Assembly: GCF_009834535.1 (NCBI RefSeq)
Contig: NC_045697.1
Span: 17,672,001 to 17,736,000, forward strand
DNA: 64,000 nucleotides
Source: Camelus ferus
Taxonomy: Eukaryota
Direction: 5' to 3'
Within the stretch, counting starts at the first letter, position 1. The number at the start of each line of letters is the position of its first letter. The translations under genes and the position numbers were made by a program. Shown here in pieces: positions 1-12,319 of this stretch. The notes below the pieces were generated by a model, which searched no databases, was not told the DNA's origin, and saw only the letters and a list, made by a program, of their open reading frames with translations.

Positions 1-80
1 AGTATCTGCAAATCCCAAACTCCCAATTTATCCCTCTCCACTCCCTTTCCTCCCTAGTAACCATACATTTATCTTCTAGA
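1..80 (-). mobile_element. L1 3'-region fragment (cetartiodactyl-type), cut by window edge
   Basis: atcccaaactcccaatttatccctc...ccctagtaaccata resembles the reverse complement of cetartiodactyl L1 3' UTR. Confidence 0.55.
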
Positions 81-1686
81 ACATAACATTTGTTCAGTTA
101 AAAGAGTTTGGATTTTTCCCTGTAATTACAAAAGTAATGCAACATTTCTAAAGTTTTTTTTAAAAGTCTTTTTACTGGATTTTCCATTGGTCAAAATGCC
201 ATTTGTATATTCCATTATATAGATAGTGAGCGGGTAAAATCTCAGTTAACTTAAGGGCTTTCCCCTGAGGGTGGAACATATATATTAGATGGCTGTCTGC
301 AAAGAGCTTGTGGCCACTTTATCCTAGTAAAGGATGGGAGTTTCCTCTCTGTCACGTTTTTGGGTAAGTTAATATTAACTCCAGCTTCATTATCAGCCTT
401 AAGATTTGTCTTAAAACTTTCATCTATGTTAACTCCAGATACACTCCTAGAGTTTAAGACTTAATTTTGATACACAATTATTTGGGGTGTCTATGTATTC
501 GTATGTACTCACAGCTTTTCCTCCCTGAACTGTGAATCATCTCCTCTTCATGATGCCATCTGCTTCCTCCACCTAAGCTGCTCTGAAATACATTCTAAAG
601 TCGTCTTCAATAGCTTCTTCTCTGACCTGGAATTTAGGTTCCTGTTCAGGACAATAACATATAGTTTTGGAACCACTGGATACATTATGCCAGCTTCCCT
701 CCTTTATCAACACACTAATACATTAAAGCAATCTTAGCTGGGTTTCTGTGCCTGCTCTTTGCTGATCAAGTACCTCCCTCCTACCTTGCACTAAATCACA
801 GGTGTTCAAGTCACCCTGGACTGCAGTGAGCCCTCCCCATGCCCATCCGTTCCTCCCAAGAAATCTAAGCCAAGCTTTCCTGAATCTCTTGGCAACCTTC
901 CTACAGCATAGGAAATCTTCAAAATTTGCCACCACCTGTCTTGCGTGTTTCATATAAAAATACAAAATGCTACATTTAAAAAATTAAAAAGCCAGTAAAC
1001 TGCCTTCCAAGGTTCAATCTGAGTTTAGAAAATTCATTACAATGGAAAGAGAAGAAAGCTGATCTTTTTTTTCTTTATTGCTGATAGTTAGTGGCATTGA
1101 TAGATCATGGCAGGACCATCTGCAATATGGCCAAATAATTTCACTGGAGAGGATTTTATATAGCTACAGCTAAAATTCAATGAACTGATTCAGAAGACTC
1201 AGTATAAAATATAACAGTGACTTCGAGTGCCAAATCAATTTGGGGGCTGGAAGGGGTGGGAGAGCTGTCCATTCCCTCCCCCTTCATGGATGTGACTTTA
1301 ACTGGAACTGTAAATTCAGAGGCATCAGAGTGGCCAGGCTGTGGGTTACAGTGAGTGATTTAAGAGACCTATCACGAGAAATCAGCAAGTGACTGCAAAC
1401 ACCAATGCTTAGAGAAGCATGTGACTCTGAAGTACGTCCCTAAGAAAAAGCTAGAAGGATATCCTTGAGGACAAGTTAGGAGTTAGCAGTCAGGTGGCTA
1501 GGGTTCTAGGTTTGCAATGTGGATCTCGATCTTCTACCCCAATTCCCTCATTTGTGAAACAAGGGAAATGGATCAGCATAATGGTTTTCAAGGTTTTGCT
1601 TTGTTTCATCTTTTTAGTAGTAGGAGGGTTTTGTTTGTTTGTTTGTTTGTTTGTTTGTTTTGTTTTTAACCAATGAATTCATCTTA

Positions 1687-2505
1687 TGTGCTGACTGTTT
1701 GACTTGCTCTCCAGAACCAGACTCCAGCTGCTACAGACTGAACGTTTGTGGTCCTTCAAGGTTCATATGTTGAGACCTAATCCTTATTGTGATGGTATTT
1801 GGAGGTTGGGCCTTTGGGAGGTGGTTAGGTCTTTAGGAATCCTCATGATGTGTTTAGTGCCCTTATAAAAAGAGGAGACATGGGATTTTTGTTTCTGTTC
1901 TCTACCATCTGAGGACAGAAGGAGAGGTGGCCACCTGCAAGCCAGGAAGAGGGCTCTCACCACACACCAAATCTGCCAGCACCTTGATCTTAGACTTCCC
2001 AGCCTCTAGAACTGTGAGAAATAAATGTTTGCTTTTTAAGCCTCTCAGTCGATGGGGATTTTTGTTACAGCAGCTTGTAGGGACTAAGACACCAGCCTTC
2101 TTCACCCTGCCCTGAGCTCTGTGGTACTGAGGAACACATCATTCAGATCCTTGCTTCCACTCAGGTCCACCCAGTAGGAGGAGTGAGCAGGATATTGAAG
2201 GATGGGAGAAGAGAGAGATCAAGGTGTTTATTCCCCTCAGCACTCTCCCCTCCACACTACTGGTTGGCAATGGCTGTGTTCCTGCCTGTGTTCCTCCTCC
2301 TTCTTCAGCTACACCTCTCCCTCTGGGTTCCAGAACCATCCCTCATCCTTATCCCTTCAGACATGGGGAGCAACTGCTGTTGTTCACCATCCCTTATGGA
2401 TCTCCTTTAACCCTTCCCACACCTTTGTAAATAACCTCTTCATTAAGTTCTCCTCAATTGCCCCCCATAGAAATGTGATGTCTCTTTCCTGCCAGGACTG
2501 ATGCA
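1687..2505 (+). mobile_element. ERVL solo LTR (LTR33-like), interrupted by MLT1A
   Basis: 3' end cccacacctttgtaaataacctcttcattaagttctcctcaa...tttcctgccaggac matches recalled LTR33; 5' part resumes on both sides of the MLT1A insert. Confidence 0.7.
1729..2091 (+). mobile_element. MaLR solo LTR (MLT1A/MLT1A0-like) with 5-bp TSD
   Basis: TG...CA termini; caccttgatcttagacttcccagcctctagaactgtgagaaataaa hallmark; TSD CCAGC at 1724-1728 and 2092-2096. Confidence 0.9.
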
Positions 2506-3967
2506 CGGAGACCCTTCTTTGGCACAGCAGATGAGAGAGGAGCTACTCTGACTGTAGCTGGGTAGGGCTCTGTGGCCCTGCACACGGTGTACCCCACCCT
2601 CATGTGCCTAACGGGACTCTGTCTCCTGCAGGAAGGAACTTCTGAGATGTTTCTTTCCAAGTCATCACTTGGAGAGAGTCTGGGGTTGGGGGGACCCTTA
2701 TTCAAAATAATCAAAAATAGACTGAGCTCCTATATTCCTTTATTCATTTATTCAGCTGTCATCAATGGAACACAGTGAGGCAGATTCTGTGCTAGGTTCT
2801 GAAGTTAAGTGATAAACAGGGCGCAATTCCTGGTCTCGCGGGGCTCACACACATTATGAAAACACACAAACCAAATACTAAAGATTCAGATTCTCATCCT
2901 TGCCTGCACTGGAGCTGAGAAAGTCCCCTGAGGCCGAAAGGAGGCGCCACCTCTGAGCAAGAACAGTAAATCGTGTGGTTAGGACCCAACTCCCTCTGAG
3001 AGAAGAGGGCAGAGGCAGAAGGATGAGACAGATGAGGATTTTTCCCCAAGATGCTGTCAGGGATTTGGGTATGGACTCCCCAGGGTTCTTGACTGAGGTG
3101 GATGGTTGCTTTAGAAACCTACAAGCCCCTAGAGGGGGTGACAGAGGTGACTGTGAACAGAACGAGGGGCTGCGGAGTCCCGGGGCTGTGCTGAGGACCA
3201 GAGAACCAGGCTCTGGCCAGGGGCACATGGCTGACAGCCCTGTGTGCATGTCAGGGCAGTTCCTGTGCTGAGATTTCTCCTCATCTGCAGAAGTGAGGAG
3301 GGAGAGCATTCATCCTGCTGGGAAGAGGCAGGAATGGCCCTCACCTTCCTCAGTCCACACAGAGGAATCTGCAGGAGCTCTTACCTCCATCAGAGCTGAC
3401 TGTGCAAAGTCCGTGCGCACGAAGCCCAACTGCAGGGCTCCCAATCCAGTCTGCCTCTTGCTAACAAGCCATTTATTCTCTTCAGTCTCTGCATCCAGGA
3501 AGGTGGATTCTACCCCTACCTCAGAGAAGGGTTGTGAAGAAGTAATTAATTAATATGTGCAAAGCACTTAGAACAGTGCCCACACTGTTAGTGCTATACA
3601 AACGTTAATTATTATTACTCAGGGCCACCCGACTGTTTTCACTTACCGATGGCCAAGTCGTAAAAATACTTTAAGATGGTCCCCAAGTCAAGTGGACTTG
3701 GAGGTGGGAATTTGGCCAATGAGTATGAACACAAGGTTGGAAAGGAAAGTGGAGATTCCCAGAATAAGACGAAAATTGGAATCTTGGCTCTGTGGTGAGC
3801 CAGCTCCATGATTTTGGCAAGAGATTACCCTCCCAGATCTTTACTGTTCTCATCAATGAAATGGGCATACTGATAGTGTTTCCCTCTGAGGATTGTGGTG
3901 GGGCTTAATGCAAATTGTGCCTTTATTTTCCATCTGCTCAATCATTCATTTATTCAATAAATAGTTG

Positions 3968-4337
3968 TTTTTTTTTTTTTTTTGTTTTGTTTTTTTTTTA
4001 CCACCAAGCTAGATGTGTTTATTAAGGTAACAAACTTGTTTCCCAGTTTGGGAATGGGCCCCAGGCACATGTAACAGTCCTGCAGGGCCTCCGATGAGCA
4101 GGACCAAGCCACAGTTGCCATAAGGAGTTGATACAATTCTCACTTTGGGGTTAGATGCTCCCCACGTTTCTCAGGGACTCAGAATCCCTCAAGACTGCAG
4201 AGCTCAGCAGCATGTGTGTTCCCTCAGAGATCCCCTTCTGGAGAAAAAGCAGCTGTTTCCATGCTGGGGAGGGGGACAGGGGCCATGGGTGGGGATAGGC
4301 AGGAAGTTGCTGCTCTCAGTGGATTATTTCCCCATGT
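3968..4337 (-). pseudogene. 5'-truncated processed retrocopy (3' UTR fragment of an unidentified mRNA)
   Basis: Poly(T) 3968-3999 on +; AATAAA (4023-4018) 18 nt before the tail; interrupts an L2-like 3'-end remnant; no ORF; far boundary approximate. Confidence 0.6.
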
Positions 4338-5510
4338 GTGGGTACCACTTGTGCCTGGGCGGTTACTAGGGCGGTTACCAGGCAGCAAGTGGCAGATGAG
4401 ATGCCCGCCTCCTCATTTACATGTGCCCTGTGCTCCAGATCTGCCTGTTCCCAAGGAGGTCTCGGGGCAAGCTGCCCTGAATGTTTCCATTCAGAATGCT
4501 GCGTCCCCACTCATTTGGGGAAGCTTTTACACTTCAGGGTGGACAGCGTGGCCCTTGGGAATGTGCTTTCATGCATTAGGAGTTGACATTAAACAGCAAA
4601 TATGCCGCAGTCAGTCACAGAGGGAAGTAATAATACAACTTCAAAAGAGCAGAGCCCAAAAGGAAGGGTATTATTAATGGAAAAAAAACATTTTTCAAGT
4701 CATATTAAAAAGCCTCAAGTCTGATGGAAAAAGCCAGGAAATGGGAACAAAATTAGCATTATTATAGCTTTTCACGGTAACTTACTCTGGGTTTTTACGG
4801 TGGCTTAAAAAGGGAAAAAAGAAGGGAAAACCTAGCTGATAACAATTTATACGACCAAATACATTTCCCATCCCAAGTGCACCTGCGATGGTGACTGTAT
4901 TTAAAATGTTTTCTTTTGCTATTGGTTTGTGGCTGTTTATGCCTCACAGTGTTATTAGAGAAAGCAGCATTTTGTGGGGAACAGTAAATTGTAAAGCTCT
5001 TTGAGGCCTCTCAGGAAGAGGTGCCATTTAAGGGCCAAGAATTATGATCATTAATTTGCATCTTAATAATCCAAGTCTTCACAAAAGCCCACACTGCAGA
5101 TGTATTCTCCAAAGCTCTGCCGAGGGTCAGCCCTGGAAATAAACGTGGCTCCCTGGATCCTAGAGGACGAAGAGTTTCCGAGAAAGGCAAGACTCTTCCT
5201 TTCTCTCTTTGTGATCCTCTTCTAATGGGTCCCACCTTCCTCTGCTTCAGTCCCTGACCTCAGCTGGACTGCCTGGCTCTCAATGCTCTGAACACAGGAG
5301 CACGGATTCCCGGTGTCCCAAACAATTACCTTTCATTTAGCTTTGTGGCGCTCACAACTCCACTCTACTGATACGGGACAAAATGTGCACATCCATGTGT
5401 AATGTGTACCAATGGACACACCTTGAACATTAGCTTTATTCAAACATATCACTATGCATATCTGTAATTAACTGTTTGGGGCCACCTGAGTTTGGAAACA
5501 GCTTAAGTTT

Positions 5511-5593
5511 TTTGGTGGAGGTGCTGGGGATTGAACCCAGGACCTCAAACACGCTAGACATGCACTCTCCCACTGAGCTATACCCTCTCCCCA
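5511..5593 (-). mobile_element. tRNA-derived SINE (camelid Vic-1-like)
   Basis: A-box/B-box tRNA-like body on - strand; TSD gaaacagcttaagttt (5495-5510) / gaaatagctaaagttt (5594-5609). Confidence 0.88.
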
Positions 5594-5619
5594 GAAATAG
5601 CTAAAGTTTACATGACTTT

Positions 5620-6390
5620 TTAAAATATTTCTTTATTGTGGTAAAAACGCATAACATGAAATTTACCATCAGATGCATTTTTAAGTGAATGGTAGTGTGT
5701 TAAATGTATCCACATTGCTGTGAAACAGATCTACAGAACTTTTTGATGAAGGATTCTTAAAAATTAAGACAATTTTCTAGGTGATTTACTTACTTACTTA
5801 CTTACATATTTTTATTGAAGTACAGTCAATTACAATGTGTCTGTCTCCGGCATACAGCACAATATCCCAGTCATACACATACATACGTATATTCGTTTTC
5901 ATATTAAGACAATTTTCTAGAGTAGCTTTAGGTTGGCAGTAAAATTCAGGGGAAGATACAGGCATTTCCATACATCCCCAGCCCCACACATATTTGGCCT
6001 CCCTCATTGTCAAAATCCCTCACCAAAGTGGTACATTTTTTACAGTTGATGAACCTATACTGACACGTCATGATCCCCAGGAGCCACAGTTTCCGTCACT
6101 GTTCACTCTTGGTGGTGTACATTCTATGGGTTTGGACAAATATATGATGAGGTGTCAATTAATATGCTATCATACAGAGCATTTTCACTGACTCCCAAAT
6201 CCTCTTATTTGCTTATTTGCCCCTCCTCCACCTCCCCAGAATTTTTTCATCTTTTAAGCTGAAACTCTGTACCCATTAAACAATAACTCCTCATCTCTTC
6301 TACCCTCAAGCCTCCGGGAACCACCATTCAACTTTGTTTCTATGACTCTGACTACGTAAGGAAACATAGAGTATTTGTCTTCTGGTAAAT
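5620..6390 (-). mobile_element. Nested L1 3'-end cluster (L1MB-like > L1MC-like > young L1)
   Basis: L1MB-like text 5620-5744 resumes at 6237; L1MC1-like text 5760-6236 lies between; a young L1 end at 5781-5902 is flanked by an 18-bp direct repeat. Confidence 0.75.
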
Positions 6391-7559
6391 AACTTTTTAG
6401 GAGAGGGTTGGAGCTGAGGATTTCTGTTAGGAGATGGTCACAATGTCCCTGGAGACAAAACTGATACTTCTACAGCTCCGTGAGCTCCAGCTGACCCCCC
6501 CCCAGTCAAGTATTCATCCCCCCGTGACAGAACCTGCTCCCCTTCCGTTGTCACCCACTGTCTATTTGGTCTGGAGAGGACTGGCAAGTAGGGGCCGACT
6601 GGGAAAGGAGTGAAGACCACCTCTGTCGCATCTGGTGGGGGCTCCGTCGGCGCTGAGGCTGACTGGCATCCCGGGCTCCAACCTCCTCTCCACTGCCTAG
6701 ATCCCTAAGGAGCTGTTCCAGGCTGTCGTCAGCCCTCGAAGGCTCCGTGCGGGCCAAGATAACTCCTTCTAGGCATGAGAGACAGTAAGACCAGCTTCCC
6801 CTGGTGGAAAGAAAAGGGGGAGAGTGTCTTTCCTAAGCTGCACTTGAAGGAGGCTTTTTGAAGCAGAGATACTGTTCTTCTAGGGACGTTGGTTAAATGG
6901 CACCTGCCCCCACTCAGAATAGAGGAAAACAACCTTTGCTTTAATCTTCACTCAAGAAGGTGGCAGGAAGCTCAATGTATGTATTAGACCCTGGAGGTGG
7001 TTCCAAAAAAATTGGACACAGTCGTTAGAATATTAAGAGGCTAAAATACAAACCTCAAGGTTTTCTTGTATCTTCTACCCAATTAATTAGATCTGTGCTG
7101 AGTCATTTCTCCCTGTGCTGAGGTAGAAGCCAAAGTGGTTCTTGTGAGATGACGGAAAACCTAGTTAACCCCAGCTGACCCCATGACAAGGATTTTTCTG
7201 AACTTGTCCCCAGCCTGACGATCCCAAGGCACCCTCTTGGTGACCCTCTATTAACATATGTAAAGACTTTCAAAGTGACTTCTAAAGCTGTCCTGTTTGT
7301 TTGGAGGCTGCTGACAGCCTTCTGGCTCCATCATCCAGCTGAAATTGTAAATTTGCTGCATTGCCATCCTGGGAGGACTGAACCAGATCTAGGCAACCTC
7401 AGGCTGTTAATGAACATCATTCTAGTGATCCGTTACCTGAGTTCTCCCCAGCACACACCCCACGCTCACACCTTCCCCCAGCTTCTCCAGACCCTCACCA
7501 TCTCCTTCCAGCTCACAGAACGTGGTGTTGGAGGGGCAGCCAACAGGGGTACTGTATCA

Positions 7560-10060
7560 TATGGAAAATCGAGAGCTTGAGGGTGAGGGAGAAGATTGAG
7601 GTCAGCCACCTCTCTAGAAAGTCATGATCCTTTGCCAGATTCCAGATCCAAGCCACTTCTCAGACCCAGAACCTACTGACTGAAAGTGAAGTCAAATCCT
7701 TGTAAGGTCCTGCAGCAGCTGAGCAGGTGTCAGTCCTTCCTCAAGGGTCTACATCCATTAATTCAGGTAACCTGGGGAAGGGGGATCCCAGAGATTTCAA
7801 AGGCTTTTAGATACAGTGTCTAACTTGACATCAAAACCCAGAGGCACAAAGCAGCACTGTTGGTGTAGATATATGGGGTCAGGTGATAAATGAAGTCCTG
7901 GGGCAAGTCTGTTTCCTGGTGAGACACTGGGTCCGTGAAACTACCCGCTGGGAATTTCTCTGGTTTCCAAATGTAAATAGACATACTTAGCAACTGACAG
8001 AGATCTCACATTAGTTTCTTGTCTGTAAAGCAAACACCAAGTGGAAGCTCCTAAAATTTTAGATTCCCCTACTCCTGCCAAGACATGATAGTAAAAAAAA
8101 TACACATTTTGTGTGGATTTTTACAAATACAAATCTGTCCATCTCTCTATCTATCTGGTCCTGGAGGAGGAGTATGGAAAGATTAGTGCCATCTTCAAAG
8201 GCTTAAAGGATGCAGGGGTGCCAGTCCCCATCATGTTCCCATTTAATTTACCGATCTGGCCCCAGTGAAAATCATGGAGCGTGGTGAAGGGAAAAGGACT
8301 ACCACAAACTCAGTCAAGTAATAGCCCTGATTTCAGCTAATGTGCCATAGATGGTATATTTACTAGAGCAAATTAACACAACTTTGGGAACCTGGTATGT
8401 GGCTGTAAATATGGTGAATGTGTTTTTTTCCCACGCCCATCAAGGAGGATGGACAGAAGCAGTTTGCATTTGCATGAGGTGGACAATAGCACAGAGTCAC
8501 AGTTTTGCTCTGGGTCTATACACAAGGTTTGCCCCAGAGCTTTCCTGATTTCCATCCTAATGTCGTTTGAAGGGACCTAGGCTATGTGGACATCCTGGAG
8601 AACCATGCATTGGTCCATCATACCAGTGATATCATATGAATTGGACCCAGTGAGTGAGAAGCACTGTGGATTCCTGAGTAGGACACTGCAGGGAACAGGA
8701 GGTAAACCCTGCAGAATCAGAGGCTTGCCACATTGCTGAACTTTACAGATGTTCAGTGGTCTGAGGCAGGCTGGGATACTCCATCCAAAGTCAAGTCTAC
8801 CTTGGCCCTCCTGTCACTGAGCAGGAAGCACAGACCTGATGGGCCTCTGAGTCCTGGAGGCAGCACCCGTTTCACCTGAGAAAACTGATACGATCTGATT
8901 CATCAGGTGGCCTGGAAAGTTTCTAGCTCTGAGCGCATGAAAAGGCTCTGTAGTAGAACTAGGCTGTCATGTGAGCATCCTTGTTTGTGGTACATAACCA
9001 AGAAACCCCACAGTACTAGAAGTATCTGTGCAAGAGAAAGACGTGGCCTGGAAACTCTGGTCCCAATGCAGAAGGTCTGGAACAAGGCCATGAAGTCTAC
9101 AGAAGAGAACTATACACCACTCACAATGCAGCTCCCGGCACGTAGCTGGGCTCTGATAGAAACTGGGTATCTGACCACGGGACATCAGGTGACCGTGCAA
9201 CCAGCACTGCCCTAAGCCAGGAGCTGTCAAACCAACTAAGCAATACAAGGTAGACCAGGTGGCAATACATTGTAACAAGAAATGGTACCTCTGGGTTCAG
9301 ACGCAAGCAGGCAGAAGGTATTTACAAGGAAGCTTCCCAAGCAAGTAGCCCAGATTCTCATGTCACCTGTCAGTGTTTCTCACACCTCAAATCCCATGAG
9401 GGAGTCCCTACAACTCTCTGAAGGAGGAGGAACTAGCCTCAGCTCAGTCCACTGATTCACTGACTTGACATACAGCTGTGGGCCTAAAATGGACCATCAC
9501 CAGAGAACTGCCCCACTCCTCAGTGGTCCTGGAAGACAGCGGTGAGAGACATCTTCTCTTGGGGTACCTCATCTGGGCAACCCCTTTGTATGGAACAATA
9601 TGAGATTGAGTCAAGGGTATACATGTACTGTGGGCAATGGTGAGTGACTTGGCTACTGCAGCCAAATTCCTCTCCCTGTCTGTTTTTGTAAATAAAGTTT
9701 TATTGGAACACAGCCACACCTATTCATTTCCATGTTGTTTGTGGTTGCATTCTCACTATGATGGTAGAGTTGAGTCCTTGTCACATTGCAAGGGCTGAAA
9801 TGTTTACTCTCTGGCCCTTTACAGAAAGTGTTGGCTGACTCTTGACTTCTGTGGTTGAGAAGAGGAAGGAGCAAGACTGGGAGACGGGACAGGAAGGTCT
9901 GGAAGAGGCATGTAGGTGGACCCATAAGAGTGGACAGAAAGTGCAGTAACTTTGAATAGTACATTCAAGTTCACCAGAGAGCGTCCACTGCAGAAGAGAC
10001 ATAAAACAGCCAAGTGAACCAGTGACTCAGACTGTAGGTATCAGCCAAAGTCTGTCCTTG
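7560..10060 (+). mobile_element. Degenerate ERVL-class (class III) internal region, gag end-pro-RT-RNase H
   Basis: Decayed motifs in correct order: PDPSHFSDPEPTD* (7642-7683, gag end); FQRLLDTVSNLT (7795-7830, protease DTG site); LLEQINTTLGTWYVAVNMVNVFF (ORF 8351, RT); LVHHTSDII*IGPSE (8610-8654, YxDD region); RNase H-like text 9870-10050. Many stops and frameshifts. Confidence 0.88.
9652..9844 (-). mobile_element. MER58A-like hAT-Charlie MITE inserted in the ERVL remnant
   Basis: tgtttttgtaaataaagttttattggaacacagccacac...tctggccctttacagaaag hallmark; opposite orientation to the copy at 23317. Confidence 0.85.
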
Positions 10061-10134
10061 CTCAGACGTCTAGTATATTGTGATACCTGGAACAACCACC
10101 AAAAAAAAAATCTATGAAAAGATTTAAGTCAAGA

Positions 10135-10770
10135 CTGAAGATTCAAGTACATTCTCTGACTACAGTGGCAATAAACTTGAAATCCGTAACTGAAGTATAT
10201 CCGGAAAATTCCCAGATGTTTTAAATGAAACTGCACGTGTCCAAATAACATGGATCAAAGAAGAAAGTAACAGTTAAATTAGGAAGTATTTTGAACTAAA
10301 GGAAACTGAAAACACAACCTGTTGGAATTTGTGGGGCTTCACTAAAGCAGCCCTTAGGGAGAAATTTATGTTAGACAAGAAGAAAGGTCTCAGATCAATG
10401 ATCTCAGCCTCCACGTTAACAAACTAAAAACCAAGAGCCAATTAAACTCAGAGTAATGCAGGACCTCCCCTCACAAGCAGTACACTCTGTGTGATTCCAT
10501 TTACCTAAAACTCTAGAATATGCAAACTAATCTAAAGTGACTAATCGAAAGAAAGCAGATGAGGAGTTACCTGAGGATGGGGGAAAAGGAGTGAGAAGGG
10601 AGATTCCAAAAGTCAAGGACACTTTTGGGTCACAGATATATTCATGATCTTGATTGCGGTGATGGTTTCTGAGGTGCCTACACATGTCCAAATTTATCAA
10701 ACTGTACACTTTAAAAACAAGCAGTTTACTGTATATTAATTATGCCTCAATAGACCCATTAAAAATTAGC
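10135..10770 (+). mobile_element. Old L1 fragments (ORF2 piece 10135-10460; L1MC/MD-like 3' end 10475-10770)
   Basis: ttctctgactacagtggcaataaacttgaaatc and aagtattttgaactaaaggaaactgaaaacacaac resemble L1 ORF2; tcttgattgcggtgatggtttc...aaactgtacactttaaa resembles an L1M 3' UTR. Confidence 0.75.
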
Positions 10771-10799
10771 AAGGAAAAGAAGGTCTCTTTTGGTTCAAC

Positions 10800-11004
10800 T
10801 TGGAGCAGAGTAGGTGAGCCTGAGGCAACTGGCAGCCATCTTAACATGGTGCGGAGAAAATCTGCTTGAGAGTGAAGCCAACCCACAGGAAAATGGAACT
10901 TGAAAGAAGGCCAGAAGAAGACCAGAGGCTGGTGATCCACTGAGCACCTGGATCCAGCTGTGCCTGAAACTGCCCCTGACATTTTTGTTTATTGAGACCT
11001 CATA

Positions 11005-11054
<50 letters not shown>

Positions 11055-11102
11055 TGCATGAGATTAACTTAGCCTGAGTTGAGTTTTCTCTGTTGCAACT
11101 GA
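10800..11102 (+). mobile_element. Old MaLR LTR fragment (MLT1J/K-like)
   Basis: ggcagccatctt...tgagcacctggatccagctgtgcctgaa...tgagttgagttttctctgttgcaac. Confidence 0.65.
11007..11050. repeat. (TG)22 microsatellite
   Basis: Perfect dinucleotide run. Confidence 0.97.
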
Positions 11103-12319
11103 GGAATTCCATACAATACTGCCCACAGTCGACTGAGAGGCCCCTCTTAATCGGCACCTGTCTCAGGGAGGAATTCGTTTGGGGGATATGGAGTGACCAG
11201 TTCTGCATGTCTTCAGGCGGGAAGGCTGTGCCCTGCTCCTCCGTGGTCCCTGAGCACAGAGGCCTGAGTGTGAGGCTTCAGTGCTTGCGCATTGGGCTGT
11301 TGGGCGGAGGGTCACGGTCAGTTGTGCATCTGCTTTGAAGGAGTATTTTTAGTGGCAAATAGAGGGGTTTGCAAATAAACAAATGCCTGGAACAAATCCT
11401 GAAAAGGAGAGTGTCTGCGTGCGGCTCATTGTCAAACTAGGTCAGCCTCAGGCACAACTGCTTTTGACAGCCTGTTCCCCAAGGTGACCCGCAGGTGCCC
11501 GCTCCTTTCCCCTCCCAGTCAGCCATCTGTGGTTTGAGATGCTCAGGCCTGGGTGAAACCTGGATGCCATCAGCTCCGTGCCCCCTACTTCCAAGAGGGT
11601 TTAACCCTGCCTTGCCCTAGAACCCAGAGGTCTGATAATGCCTTGAGTTCCACCACAGGACCCCTCACTGCTTTGTCTGTCAGCAGTTCCAGGAGCTGTG
11701 GTCTTTTCCAGTGGCAAGTGTGCTGGTCTAGAAGGCACGGTGACCACTGTGGAGGCAGGCAGACTCGACCTTGACTCCCAGCTCCTCTGTGGCACCCGGA
11801 AATAACTGGAATTTTGTGTCTTCCCAGCTATCTTATCCTGAGGATTTAATGATATAATGCCCCAGCTCTTAGGAAGTGCTCCAGCAACTGGACTTTCCTC
11901 TTTCCTCGTCACTAGATTCTGAGCTCCTTAAGTATATGTGTGGTGAGGGCGGGTGGGGCGAGCAAGTCCTGGTCCCCTCTACACCCCACACCAATGCCTG
12001 CACACAGTAGGTGCTCAGTAAACGTCTGCTGAACCAGCGTAGGACTGAGTCACATCTTCCCATGGTCACTGTCCGACCGCAGCTGGGGCCACTCTGTGGG
12101 GCTCTGAGCCTCCCTGATTCTGAGGGTCTCCATTTCGGCTGATCCACTTGGAGTTGGCAGGAAGCTTCTCTGAGGCTTTGGGATCTCCATTTGTGTTGGC
12201 TTCACTGAGGCCTAGGTGAGGTCAGGACTGGGGCCTCAAACAGACAACACAAACCTCGGTGTGCAGGGCCCATGGATGTGACCCTGATCACACCAGTCCC
12301 CAGCATAGAACCTTCTAGT

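Noticed and set aside
1687..10060. LTR33-like LTR and ERVL internal remnant as a single provirus
   Set aside because: Separated by ~5 kb of unrelated sequence, no primer-binding site after the LTR and no matching 3' LTR
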